This document shows, piece by piece, positions 34,101 to 46,030 of a DNA stretch of 64,000 nucleotides. How positions within the stretch are numbered: the first letter of the stretch is position 1; the number at the start of each line of letters is the position of its first letter. The stretch is taken from the NCBI GenBank assembly GCA_965240325.2, contig OZ251230.1:806001-870000 (forward strand), read 5' to 3'. The notes beneath the pieces are model-generated. The model worked only from the letters and a program-made list of their open reading frames with translations. It made no database searches and was not told the DNA's origin. The stretch comes from Rebecca billardiae RCC1528 (Eukaryota; Protista; Haptophyta). Made by a program: the position numbers and the translations under genes.

Positions 34101-36198
34101 CCGAGCGCGCGCACGGCGCGCACGAGCTGCGCGAGCGCGAGGAGGCGTGCAGGGCGGCGGCGCGCGCGCTGCGTCTCGCGCGCCACGCTTTAGAAAACGC
34201 GCAGGACGACGGCGGCGACGTGGACGGCGCACAGCGCGCGCTCGTCGACGCGCAGCGGCGCGCGCAGCGCACGCAGCGCGCGCGCGAGCGCTCGCTCGAC
34301 CGCCTGTACGAGCTGGCGGGCGGGCCGTTCCCCGAGCTGCCCGCCATGCTGCCCGAGGCGTTCGACGGCGCGGGCGCGCTGCCCGCGGGCGCGCGGCCCG
34401 CGTGGCTGCACGGCCGCACGCTCGCGCAGTACGAGCCGTGCGAGTGGCCCGACGGCGCGGCGCCCGGCCGCGCGCGGCACGAGGTGCTGCTGCGCGCGTT
34501 CGCGGGCGAGCGCGTCGTGCTCAAGGTGTACCCGCTGGCGAGCGACACGGAGCGCCGGCGGCTCGGGCGCGAGGTGGAGTTTGCGCGGGCGCACGCGCAC
34601 CCACACCTCGCGCGCGTGGCGGGCGTCTTTGTCGACGAGCCGCGCGGCGCGCGCTGCGCGCTCGTGCAGACGCCGCTCTACTCGGGCGGCACGCTGCGCG
34701 GCTGGCTCGAGCGCGACGAGGCGACTGCCTTGCCGCCCGAGGCGGTGCGCGGCGGCGCGGCGGGCGCGCGAATGCTCGAGCCGGCGCACGCGCGCGTCGC
34801 GCCCGTGCGCGTGCGCGCGCTGCGGCAGCTGCTGGGCGCGCTCGCGCACCTGCACGCGCGCGGCGCGGTGCACGGCGACGTGAAGCTCGAGAACGCGTTC
34901 GTGCAGCTGCCGGGCGACGACGCGGCCGAGCGGCCGCTCGGCGCGGCCGAGCCGTTCCGCGTGCTGCTCGGCGACTTTGACCTGGCGCGCGTGGAGGAGG
35001 CGCTGCAGCACGCGGCTGGCGGCGGCGTGCCGAGCGCGACGACGCGCGCGGGCGCGGGCACCGAGGGCCACATGGCGCCCGAGCTGCTCGTGCCCGGCGC
35101 GCGCGCGAGCGCGGCGTCGGACGTGTTCGCGTTCGGCGTGTGCGTGCTGCGCGCGCTCGCGGCCGACGAGCCGACGCGCGCCGCGCTCGTGGGCTCGGTG
35201 CAGGGCGCGCGCGCCGCGGCGGCTGCGCTGGGCGAGCCGCTCGTCGTGGCCGCGCTGGCGGACGCGCCGGGCGCGCGGCCGAGCGCGGCGCAGCTCGAGG
35301 GCGCGGCGCTGTGGGCGGCGAGCGACGAGGCGCTGCGCGCGGCCGAGGCCGAGCGCGAGGCGGCGGCCGCGAGCGCGCGCGCCGCGCTGCGCACGTGCGC
35401 GGTGTGCTTCGACGAGGAGGTGCCGCCGGACGAGTGCGCCGAGTGCGCGGGCGGCGGGCACGCGGTGTGCTCGCTCTGCCTCTCCATGCACGTGCAGGTG
35501 TGCGCGCAGCCCGACGGCGGCGGCGGCGCGGCGCTCGACGCGGACGGGCGCGTGCCGTGCGTCGAGGCGGGCAGCGGCTGCGCGCACGCGTACCTGGACG
35601 GCGAGCTCGCGCGCCGCACGACCGCCGCCGCGTTCGGCGCGTACTGGCGCGCGCGCGAGCAGCACGCCGAGGCGCGCGGCGAGGAGCGCGCGGCCGAGCG
35701 CGCGCGCGCCGAGGCCTTGCGCCTCGCGGCGCTCAGCGCGGCCGAGCGCGTGCGCGAGCAGCGGCGCGCGCACATCATCGATCATATCCTCACGCTCAAG
35801 TGCCCGCGCTGCGGCATGGCGTTCGCCGAGTGGCTCGACGGCGCGCGCGGCTTCGACGGCTGCTGCGCGCTGCAGTGCGCGCGCGATCGGTGCGGCTGCC
35901 ACTTCTGCGCCTACTGCCTCGCCGACTGCGGCGCCGACGCGCACCCGCACGTGCGCGGCTGCGAGCACGCGCCGACGCGCACCCGCACGTGCGCGGCTGC
36001 GAGCACGGCAACGGCACGTACTTTGCGCAGCGCGGCGAGTTTGAGGCGGCGCAGCGCGCGCGGCGCGAGCGCGCGCTGCGCAGCTACCTCGCCGCCGAGG
36101 CGGGCGCGGACGACGCGGCGCGCCGAGCGATCGTCGCGTCCGTCGAGCGCGAGCTGCGCGACCTCCGCATCGACCCAGACGCACTCGCGCGCGAGTGA
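28181..36198 (+). CDS. LRR-kinase-RBR-like E3 protein, copy C (10 LRR exons). Exons 28181-28368, 28696-28782, 29126-29215, 29559-29648, 29992-30078, 30422-30508, 30857-30943, 31287-31373, 31717-31806, 32151-32240, 32579-32665, 33006-33092, 33283-36198; a frameshift after Rcat extends the ORF to 36739
   Basis: Same architecture as copies A and B. A 38-bp tandem duplication (35931-35968 / 35969-36006) shifts the frame before the homologous stop at 36196-36198. Confidence 0.85.
28696..33005 (+). repeat. Exon+intron tandem array C, ten ~430-bp units
   Basis: Same unit as arrays A and B. Confidence 0.95.
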
Positions 36199-38359
36199 CC
36201 GGTGGGCCCCGGGGGCGTCGGCTGCGCGCAGTCAGGCGCGGGAAGGCACGAGGGCACGAGCTGAGCGCGATGATGCTCTGCAGGGGCCACGTGCGCGGAT
36301 GCACCGCCACGCTGAACACGCTGGTGGCGAATCGCGCGTGGCGGCTGGGGGCGCTCACCCAGCTCCGCGCCGTCGAGATCTCCGAGCCGGAGCTACGCCG
36401 GCCGCTGAGGGGCGTCGGGGAGAGGGACGAGACGGAGGCGCGCGCCGCGACGATGCGCGGCTGGGTGGTGGCGCGCGTCGCAGAGGTTGTCCGGGCGGCG
36501 CTGGGCGCGCTGCCGCCGGTGGCGCGCCCGGCGCTTGGCGGGCTCGAGGCCGTGCGTGCAGCGCGCCTCGCCGCGCGGCGAGCACGATTTCCTCCCGAGT
36601 CACCTCTGCACAGCACGCTGGTGAGCGCCCGCCGCCGCTCGCCGCCGGCAGCACCATCATCGGCAACAACGTGCCGATGATGCCGCTGCCGGGTGCAGCG
36701 GCAAATCCGGCGCCCCGGGCGGCGGGCCGTGCGTGTTGACGCACGACGCGATCAAGGATGAGACATGAGTCGCTGGGCGGGATGGCGTTCTTGGTCAGAA
36801 TCATCGCGAAGACTCGTCCTCAATACCCTCATACAAGCACTCTATGTTCTTCATCAGATGACTATGATATGGCGGGCCGTATTTCTCAATCGGCGCGCTT
36901 CGACGATTACAAATACGACGGAGCCGAAGGTTGACGAAGGTCCTGGATCCTGTCTGTTTACCGGTCGGGAGAGCTCCCGGACTGCAGTCAATCTGAATAA
37001 ACCGGACCACATTCGTCAACTTCTTAGTTCTGTGGCTGCCGATCGCGATGGCAGCCGGCGCCCCGCCAACTATTAGTGCGTGCGCGGGTGTGGTGGACAC
37101 CCACGTGTCCACCACGTAGGCCTGGCAGGTCCGCATGTGCCTTACTGTAATCGATCCCCGGGCGCGTTTGAGCAGCCCTCATCTCCGGCGTCTGAGGCAC
37201 CACACAGGCTGGCGATCAAACGTCTTGGGGGAGGGGTTGCGCGGCTGTGCACGCGCCGGTACGGCGGAGTGGTGCACATGGAGAGAGAGACCAAAAAGGG
37301 GTGGCCTGCATTCCCTCAAGTCTGATCACCACTGCCGCGTCTAGCACCTGAGGTGCTTCGAGGGCTGGACGCGGGGTTCCCTTGAAGAGATAGGCGATCC
37401 GACGCTGTAGGCAGAAGTTGGCTGTCTCGGCCGGTGGCAGTCAAGTGGTGCGCACAAGCGGAGAAGATGCTGAGGCGTCACGTGTCTGCGGAGCAGCCGG
37501 ATGTCCCTTGAGCGGGTCTTGACAGGATGGGCACGATGCGCGGTTGCTACGGCCATGCCTGCCGCCGCATACTGTACGTCTACGAACGCGTGCGACGAGC
37601 GCCGCGACTGGTCTCGGCGCCCTGCCCTCCTCCTCCCAGGACCTGGCACTCTCGGGCCTCAGACAGGTGGCTAGGCCTGGCGACTGGCACTTGCAATGCA
37701 CCGCGAGCTGCTGCCGGCAGCCCCTCCTCCTCCCACTTGCCACATCATACTGGCCGAGGCATATTACTGTCTCGGCGGTCGGACTGGCGGCGCCGGTGTC
37801 GATCGTCTCTCGTCTCGGCCGCGCGTGTCAAGTGCTGTCAACGTAGCCTGTCACTTGGTCACTGGCATCACAACGTCTGATGAGAGGCTCACTGAGCCGG
37901 CGGCCGGCCGGCCAGCCCGGCGCCATGATTCGCGCGCCCGAAGCTGCGCACTGCCCTCGACGATTCGAATTTCATCGATCGATGCGACGAATGCGTCGAA
38001 TGCTGAGTATGCTGATGTCCAAGTGACGCACATTGCTGTCCGGACGACTGCATGATGTGACCTTGTCGTGTCTGCTTGCACTATACGGTTCGTGGCCACC
38101 ACTGCATGTTCACGACCTCGGACTCGCGGGATGAGCGCTCGCCATGTTATTGCCATGTATTCATGTAAGCCGTGTTTACAAGCGGCGGATGTTACGAGTG
38201 ACGACTATATACTTTTTAAAACATATATATTATAAATATATATAAATATTATACGGCCCGCCATATATATAATAACTGTGAGTATCTGTGACACAGCCAC
38301 AGGGGACCGAGGCTTCACACGTGTGCAGCGGCCGCTGGCGCCACCGAGCGTCAGCCTGT

Positions 38360-39031
38360 TCAGCGGCGCTTACGCTTGTTGAACGAGCCCTTTGCCTTGG
38401 GCTTGTTAAACTTGCCACCACGCCCGCGCCCGCCGCGTCCACGCCCACCGCCTCCCCGCCCGCGGCCGCGGCCGCCGCGGCCGCCACCGCCGTCGCGGCT
38501 TTCGGAGACAAGCTTGTCGTAAGCCGCAGTGCGCGCAGACGACTTGATCTGCTCGACGTCCTGCGAGTCGATCTTCAGCACGCCGCCCGTGAACTTGCCC
38601 ACGCTGGCCGACACGCCAAGGTCTCTGGGCTTCTCCTTGGACGCCTTCGCCAGCTTGCGCTTCTTGCGCAGGTGGAGGTGGTCACCTGTGCCGCTCTCGA
38701 GCGCGGCCGCCTCTGCCTGCGCGTCGCGCTTGTGCTGCATCTTGCGCATGCCTGCGAGCATCGGGAGCGGCGTCTTAATTCCCTTACGTTCGCGGATCCC
38801 CATCGACTTGACCTCCCTCTTCTCCCACGCCTTCTTGGCGCGGCCCTGCAGCTGCGCAGCGCCGAGCTGCTCGACCTCGCGCTTGATCGCGCGCAGCTGC
38901 GGGTTGGAGAGCGCGGCCTGCTCGAGGGCGAGCTCAGTCTCGCTCGCAGTGCGCTCGTTCGGGGTGGGCTCTGCCCGCGGCGCGCGCCTGCGCACCGCGG
39001 CGGGCTCTGAGTACTGCACCTCCACCACCAT
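38360..39031 (-). CDS. C1orf131/DUF4602 (Faf1-like) small-subunit ribosome biogenesis protein with a C-terminal RGG tail
   Basis: EVEQLGAAQLQGRAKKAWEKREVKSMG...KTPLPMLAGMRK...SVGKFTGGVLKID. Basic, nucleolar-type composition and strong GC3 codon bias. The ATG at 39031 is preferred over the GTG at 39040. Confidence 0.7.
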   Translation of the reverse strand: MVVEVQYSEPAAVRRRAPRAEPTPNERTASETELALEQAALSNPQLRAIKREVEQLGAAQLQGRAKKAWEKREVKSMGIRERKGIKTPLPMLAGMRKMQHKRDAQAEAAALESGTGDHLHLRKKRKLAKASKEKPRDLGVSASVGKFTGGVLKIDSQDVEQIKSSARTAAYDKLVSESRDGGGGRGGRGRGRGGGGRGRGGRGRGGKFNKPKAKGSFNKRKRR

Positions 39032-39391
39032 GCGAAGCACGTAGACACGCTACCGCTCGCTGCGCTGCGCCATGATGACGCGCCCCAGCCTTTTTATTAG
39101 GGTCTACCGCGGAAAATCGATCATCGATCGATCAATAATTATTGAAGCCGCGCGTTTTTTTTCCTGCTCATCATCATTCTGGCGCGCCTGCAGGCTGCAC
39201 CCAGCACGCCGCGAGTAGACTCAGGTGAGTCCCAGGCTCCGTCGATGTGCATCCACGCTGAGCTTGCACCTGCGGCGGCTCTGAGGCGGTGCCAACCGGC
39301 GTGGTCCATCAGCCCATGCTGATCCTCTCGGGAGGTCCAGTGTCCGCCCAGCCAGCACGCGAAGCACAGTCATTCACATTTCACTACATTG

Positions 39392-41014
39392 TCACGGCCC
39401 GGTCGAACGAGACGCAGACTTCGGCTTCAACGCGAGCGCTCGCCGCTCGAGCTCTGCCCAGAGCACGTCGAATGCACCACCGTAGACACCGCCAGTCAGA
39501 CACGGCTCGCCCGTCTCGCCGTCACTCGCTGTCGTCGGGCGCGGCGGTTCGAGGGCCCGCGCTCCAGCGGCCGCGTGATCGGGCTGACGACCGCCCGCGT
39601 CGCGATCGGCGGTGCTCCCTGAGTGCTGCAGCGATGTCGCCTTGCGCTGCTCAGCGGCAGCGGCCGCGGCGGCGCACGCCGGCCGCGCCCGCGCCCGGTC
39701 TGGCAGCGCGCGCGCCAGCTCGTGCATTTGGCCCGAGAGCCGTCCGAGGGCGTGCGGGAAGCGCGCCTCGCCCACGCCGTGCGCGTCCGGCCACTCCCAC
39801 CACGTGAGCTGGCGCGCGCGGCGCACGCCCGCGCGCAGCCTGCGGAGCTGCTTGGCGGGCACGGCGCGCAGATCGCCGACGAGCTGGCCCGCCATGAGCC
39901 GTGCATCGGGCACCGACAGCGTCCACTCGTGCGGCGCCAGCGCCCAGCCGAACGGCAGGAGCAGCTCGTGGGGCGAGCCGAGCAGGACGGGCACACACCC
40001 GGAGAGCACGGCCGCGTACAGGCGGCGCGAGTTGCGCGTGTCGCCGCCGACGACCGGGCAGAAGACGCTCTGGCCCATGCGCTCGCGCCAGCTCGGCGTC
40101 CGCGCGTGCACGCTGCCATTCGCCACGCCGAGCCGGTTCGCAAACCGGACGAACACGCAGTCCGGCTCCGCGCGCAGTGCGCGGAAGAGCACGCCGCGGA
40201 AGCGCTTGCCAAACGGGCCGTGCACGGCGCCGTAGAAGAAGGCGAGCACGGGGCGCGTGCTCGGCGGGGCGGCCGGCGCAGCTGCCGGCTCGTGCGGGGG
40301 GCGGCGCGCGAGGGCTGCCCAGTGTGGGCCGAGCTGCGGGTACGGGAGCACCACGTGCCGCGCCGTGTCCGCGCCCGGCGGGAGCTCAGTGGCGAGCAGC
40401 TGCGCACCGACCGCTCCGTGCAGCTGCAGCCAGTCCGGCGGCGGCGCGGGCTGCTCGCGCCCGTCGTCCGGGCGCATGGTGCTGCTCGCGCCGGCCGAGC
40501 TCGGGAAGATGGTCACCATGCACAGCGCGCAGTGCTGGTCCGGCTCCTTGGCGAGCACCAGCACGTGGTCCTGCCCCCCGCGGCGGGCCCACCAGCGCTC
40601 GGGCAGCTCGGTCGCGTTCGCCCAGCCGTCGTACCGCCGGTGCGCGACGGCGGCGAAAAGGGCGTCGTGGGCGGGCGACGCCAGCGGCAGGTCGGTCGAG
40701 CTCGAGATGCGCCTGTCCAAGGCCGCATAATACGGCACGAAGAAGAGGTCCGCCTCCTCGGGGTCGAGCGTGCGCGCGGGGTGCTGCAGCAACCACGCGT
40801 GCACCATCACCTCGGCCGCCCACTGCGACCACGAGCAGTCGTTGTCGCACAGCACGTTGCGACCCCGGCGGATGTCAGCGTCGAGTAGGTCGAGGTTGAA
40901 TGAGCGCGGCAGATCGTACACGAACACGCGCACACGCGGCGGCGCCAGGCTTGCCACGGCGATGCCAAGCGCGAGCGCTGCTCGTAGCGCCGCGCTGGCG
41001 CCTGGGCGCCGCAT
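39392..41014 (-). CDS. Exostosin-family (GT47) glycosyltransferase
   Basis: N-terminal signal/anchor, then VFVYDLP, RTLDPEEADLFFVPYY, GGQDHVLV, SVFCPVVGGDT..SRRLYAAVLSGCVPVLL, LPF. Confidence 0.9.
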   Translation of the reverse strand: MRRPGASAALRAALALGIAVASLAPPRVRVFVYDLPRSFNLDLLDADIRRGRNVLCDNDCSWSQWAAEVMVHAWLLQHPARTLDPEEADLFFVPYYAALDRRISSSTDLPLASPAHDALFAAVAHRRYDGWANATELPERWWARRGGQDHVLVLAKEPDQHCALCMVTIFPSSAGASSTMRPDDGREQPAPPPDWLQLHGAVGAQLLATELPPGADTARHVVLPYPQLGPHWAALARRPPHEPAAAPAAPPSTRPVLAFFYGAVHGPFGKRFRGVLFRALRAEPDCVFVRFANRLGVANGSVHARTPSWRERMGQSVFCPVVGGDTRNSRRLYAAVLSGCVPVLLGSPHELLLPFGWALAPHEWTLSVPDARLMAGQLVGDLRAVPAKQLRRLRAGVRRARQLTWWEWPDAHGVGEARFPHALGRLSGQMHELARALPDRARARPACAAAAAAAEQRKATSLQHSGSTADRDAGGRQPDHAAAGARALEPPRPTTASDGETGEPCLTGGVYGGAFDVLWAELERRALALKPKSASRSTGP

Positions 41015-41308
41015 GTGGATCTGCTGTGAGTGTGGGTGCTCGCCGGCGATGCGATCAGCTGGGCACAGCGGCGATTGCCCTCACCTCATCGGCCGCGCGG
41101 CGAGTCGCGCGGGAAGCCCTTGCTCAAGCCGGCTCGTTGAGTGAGGCCTCAGCTCGGCGCCTGGACCGCCGCCGCCATGCTGATCGGCGCGCACGACTGC
41201 AACCGGTGGGCACTTGGCGCCACGGCGCGGCGGACGCGCGGGCACACTCGCACGAGCGCTCGTTGGCGCACATCGCGCCAACGCTCGGCGGCGTGCGCGC
41301 TGCGCCCG

Positions 41309-42478
41309 ATGACCAGCCGCGACAAGGTGGTCGTCTGTGACAATGGCACGGGCTTCGTCAAGTGCGGCTTCGCCGGCGACAACTTCCCGCGGCACATCTT
41401 CCCGAGCATGGTCGGTCGGCCGATCCTGCGCTCGGACGAACACATCGCGGACGACGTCGTCATGAAGGACCTGATGGTGGGCGACGAGGCGGCGGCCGCG
41501 CGCGCGATGCTCGAGGTGAGCTACCCCGTCGACAACGGCATCATCCGCTCGTGGGAGGACATGCAGCACGTCTGGGACTACACGTGGAACGAGAAGCTCA
41601 AGATCGACCCGACCGAGTGCAAGGTGATGCTGACCGAGCCGCCGATGAACCCAAAGTCGAACCGCGAGAAGCTGGTCGAGGTGATGTTCGAGACGTACGG
41701 GTTCCAGGGCGTGCACGTGAGCATCCAGGCCGTGCTCACGCTGTACGCGCAGGGCCTCCTCACCGGCGTGGTCGTCGACCCGGGCGACGGCGTCACGCAC
41801 ATCGTGCCCGTGTACGAGGGGTACGCGCTGCCGCACCTGATCAAGCGGCTCGACGTGGCGGGGCGGCACATCACGCAGTACCTGATCAAGCTGCTCCTGC
41901 TGCGCGGGTACGCGTTCAACCGCACCGCCGACTTCGAGACCGTGCGGCAGCTCAAGGAGAAGCTGTGCTACGTGTGCTACGACCACGAGCTCGAGAAGAA
42001 GCTCGCGCTCGAGACGACCACGGTCGTGCAGGAGTACACGCTGCCGGACGGCCGGCCGATCAAGGTGGGCGCCGAGCGCTTCGAGTGCGCCGAGGCGCTG
42101 TTCAACCCGGGGCGCATCGACGTCGACTCGAAGGGCGTCGCCGAGCTCATCTTCGAGGTGATCCAGTCGTCGGACATGGACTGCCGCCCCGAGTTCTACA
42201 AGCACATCGTGCTGTCGGGCGGCTCGACCATGTACCCCGGCCTGCCGTCGCGGCTGGAGAAGGAGATCACCGCGCTGTACAAGGAGAAGGTGCTCAAAGG
42301 CGACGAGTCGGGCCTCGCGCGCTTCAAGCTGCGCATCGAGGACCCGCCGCGCCGCAAGCACATGGTGTACCTCGGCGGCGCCGTGCTCGCGGACATCATG
42401 AAGGACAAGGACTCGTTCTGGATGAGCAAGGCCGAGTACGAGGAGCAAGGGCTGCGCGTGCTCGAGAAGTGCTTCTGA
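41309..42478 (+). CDS. ARP2: Actin-related protein 2 (Arp2/3 complex), intronless, 389 aa
   Basis: [85 protein letters not shown] are ARP2-specific. Confidence 0.96.
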   Translation: MTSRDKVVVCDNGTGFVKCGFAGDNFPRHIFPSMVGRPILRSDEHIADDVVMKDLMVGDEAAAARAMLEVSYPVDNGIIRSWEDMQHVWDYTWNEKLKIDPTECKVMLTEPPMNPKSNREKLVEVMFETYGFQGVHVSIQAVLTLYAQGLLTGVVVDPGDGVTHIVPVYEGYALPHLIKRLDVAGRHITQYLIKLLLLRGYAFNRTADFETVRQLKEKLCYVCYDHELEKKLALETTTVVQEYTLPDGRPIKVGAERFECAEALFNPGRIDVDSKGVAELIFEVIQSSDMDCRPEFYKHIVLSGGSTMYPGLPSRLEKEITALYKEKVLKGDESGLARFKLRIEDPPRRKHMVYLGGAVLADIMKDKDSFWMSKAEYEEQGLRVLEKCF

Positions 42479-45400
42479 TGACGATGACCGCGCGGCAGGC
42501 GGAGTCATAGTAGCAGCAGCACAGCAGTAATGTAGTCGTACTCGCGTCGCCGCCGTATGTATATCACGACAGTGCGTAGACCGTACTGCGGTAGCCGGTA
42601 CCGAGTGTCGTGTCAGGGATTTGATGCGCACGCAACGCGTACTGGCCGCAGAGTGGCCAGAGTGGCAGACAACTGGCCGGTCACTGTCAGAAGCATCAGT
42701 GCACTGACGATGCCACGACTCGGACTCTTCCGAGGACGATGCATGACGATGCCCGATGAACGCCGAAATATATATATATCGCCTTAGCTAGCAGCAGCTA
42801 CTATATCGGCACCGCCGACCACGTTGCATGCCTGGCTCCGCTGGATGATGCATCGGCTGCTCGCGCCGCTCGCGGCCAGCAGCATGAGCAGCCAGCTAAT
42901 TTGCGCTAGTCCGCGGGGCGCGCACTCTGATCCGAGGTCGGTTGTAACGCGTAAGCTAGCGGCTGACATTAGGCATAGCGCCCGGGGGCCGTGCCGCGCG
43001 AGACTGCATGATGCTAATAATGCGACGACGAATAAGTCGGATGACTCTGACGAGTGAGTAAGATCGACAACTCGACCGCGCACGCGCAGTTACTTAGACG
43101 CGCGCGACCAAGATATTGACGAGTTGACGACGCGAGACTTCATCCGGTCTAATAGTAATGATGCTGATGCTGACGCCTCATGCAGTGCGCAGCGTTTCTG
43201 TACCGCTTGCCAAACTAACGTGCGAGATCGGCACGCCGAGGCCCCCAAAAAAACATTTTCTGTGCTTCGTCGGACCAATAGACTAAACGAAGATCGGCTA
43301 GGAGATCGGAAGAGAATCAGCTTTGCAGCCGAAGGCCCTCTTGGGAGTCGGAGCTCCTTCCAAGCAGGGCGGCGCGGCCTCACCGCCGCCGCCGCGTCTG
43401 GGAGAGGAATCTCGGAATTCCTCAACGACACCATGAGCACGCTGCCCGGCGTCGCCGGCGCCGCGCACGTGGCGTTGCCCTCGGCGCGCTCCTCGGGGGA
43501 GCACGACGAACACGCGCTGCCCGCACCCGTCGACGCCTTCCTCTTCGCCTTGGGCGCGCTCGTGCTATGGAACCTGCGAGTGCAGGAGCAGAAGCTCTTT
43601 ATCTAAATGTCGTGCGGCACCCGTTGGCCCGAGTGCACGCCGCGCCGCGCCGTGCTGAGGGGGCAAGCATGCGCGGCTGGGCGCCGCTCGGCCGGCTGCT
43701 GAGGTCGCGCAAGTCGGTGAATTCGGCGCGCGACCCGAGGCTCCCCAGCGAGGAGTCGAGCAGATGGATGTCCCATCTGCGGCTTACGGAGAGGCTGAAC
43801 CGTTATGCGGTACGATGACGAGCACGCATGGCGATGTTTACAAGGTCGTCGACACCCAGGGTGGGCTGGCTATGGTGAAGCTCACACGACGCGCGTCCGC
43901 CGAGAACAGCACAGCCCGATGCAAGGCCCAGCTTCTCAGGAAGCTCAGGTACGCGTCCGGCGCGCTGCCTGGATGCAGCACGCACATCACAGTGCCCCTC
44001 GTCGCCCGCCGCCGTTCGCTTGTACGCCTGCAGGTGGAGGTGTCCACTGCGTACCAGTATTCATTGGGACGGGCGACGCCCGAGGACAGAGGGCGATGGG
44101 CATATCCTGGCACGGCAGGGTTCCATTCCAATTCAGCCCTCGCGGCACGCGCGCGCGCCGTACGCGCGCGCAGTTCTTCACGATCACCTCACGGCCGGGG
44201 CGCGACGCGCGCGCGCCCGGCGGCCTTAGTCAGGAGGCGGCGTGACTCTGACGATCGTGGAGACGGACTTTGTATACCTCTGTGGATGGCGGCATCGGAC
44301 GCAGCTGAGTGACTTCAAGGTCCGGACCCGGGCGCCGAGACCGCGGACAGACTCGTAGATTTTGGACGCCGGACGCGGTCCTGACCGCTGACACCCTGAC
44401 GAGTGACGGCTGACCTGCACCGGCCGCGCCGGAGCCGGGTGCCGGGCGCGGCAGCGCCGGGCGCGCCTCAGACAGGAGTCAGCTGGCATCAGGCTCCCGC
44501 TCAGGGCCGCGCAGGCGGCCTACATCAGCCTTACTGCTGCGGTACGGCTGATGCTATCTATATACTTATATGATCAGCATGCTGCTATATATGAATATGA
44601 TGCCATCTGCTCAGTCTCAGTAAGTCAGATCAGATCCGCGCCGGCGTCTTCTCACGACTTCTGTCTTGCGCGGACCGACTTAGGCCGGGCGTCACGGTGT
44701 AACTGCTCGGACCCGCGTGCCACTCGGACAGCGGCTCCGGCTCCCGCCCCGGTGCCGCACTCGACTGGCGACCGACTGGCGCCGCTGTCTCGTCACTGAC
44801 GCGTACGGCGGACGGTCTGACGGACTGACACGTCGAGTCCGACTGTCCGAGCCCTCGTCGGCTACTACGGAGTACGGTGCTATGACTGTCTCACGTTATC
44901 GAACTGACGCGTGTCTCAGTCTGGCTCTCCTGTCTCCGTCGATCCGACTCGTCTGTCGGACCGTGCGGTCATCCGTGCCGGTCCGGAGAGTACAAGTCAC
45001 GCACTGAGTCTGAGTCCGGCGGTCCCGGAGTGACCGTCGGACTGACAGTCTGACTGCTGGAGCAGTATCTGAGCGGTACTAGCCGACGGTACGGACGTAG
45101 TTTAAGTTTTGAATAAGTTTGCAATGGCGACGGCGCCCGTTTAGATTATTAATCGATCGACGACGATAATATTTAGCGCGCGCGGCATGACAGCCGGCAT
45201 GACGATCGAGCCCGACGCGCCGAACTTCTCGGAGGAGGCCTGAGCACTGTCGTGACCGTTGCCAACGGTCACGACTCCGGACACCCTGGGACTGGCTGGG
45301 TGGGCGGCCGCGGGCCAGCCCGGTCATTACGCGGCAGCCGTCGTCCGTGTGTGACTGAACGACGCGGACTCGTCAGCCGGACGACTGACTGGCGGCGGCA

Positions 45401-45619
45401 CCGCGTCCCGCACTCCGCCGCGCCGGCGGCGCGTCGGCGCGCGGCGACGCAGGCTTGGTGCACGACCGCGAAGGCACGGCAGCCGAAGCCAGTTGCGTAG
45501 GCGACTGCGTCAGCACGTGTGCGCCCCGGACTCGACCGTCTGCCGCACAACGGAGCCTGTTGCCGCCACGCAAGCCCAGCGGCGCGCGCTGCGCACGCTC
45601 GGACCGCGCGGGCTGGCTT

Positions 45620-46030
45620 GCCCTCAGCTGTCCTCGCGCATCGCCTGTCCCAATCAATACGGGTACGCCGTGGACGCCTCCACAAGCCGAAGGCGAAGGG
45701 CGTGATCATCGAGTGCCTCGGATGCCAGCAGAAGGAGTTTGGCATCGGCACGGACGTCGGTGGGTGGACGTTCGACGGCACCGACAAGCACTCCATGACC
45801 GAGTCTGCCAGCTTCATGTACCGCCGCTTCTGCTTCGGCCCGATGCGTGAGACGACGTACGTGCTGAGCGGGCCGCAAGCCACTCGGCGGCCGGTCCACG
45901 CCGCACGCGGGGTGCGGCCAAGCTCGGCCTGACGGCGGTGTGGTTGCCAGCGGTCGGGCGTCGTGTGAGTTTCACCGCAGGCCGCCCACCCTGCGCATTG
46001 ACGACCATGCAAACGTCGCCGTACGCGCCC
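45620..46030 (+). pseudogene. Possible phospholipid-scramblase-like gene relic, with a diverged inverted partial copy at ~43810-44100
   Basis: SPVPINTGTPWTPP, then in another frame KGVIIECLGCQQKEFGIG...TESASFMYRRFCFGPMRETTYVL, with coding-like GC3 bias. The reverse strand at 43987-44187 reads SPVPMNTGTQWTPPPAG. The family call is weak. Confidence 0.3.

Noticed and set aside
36740-38230. Short ORFs in a lower-GC stretch
   Set aside because: No recognisable motifs or codon bias; probably intergenic DNA or decayed repeat.
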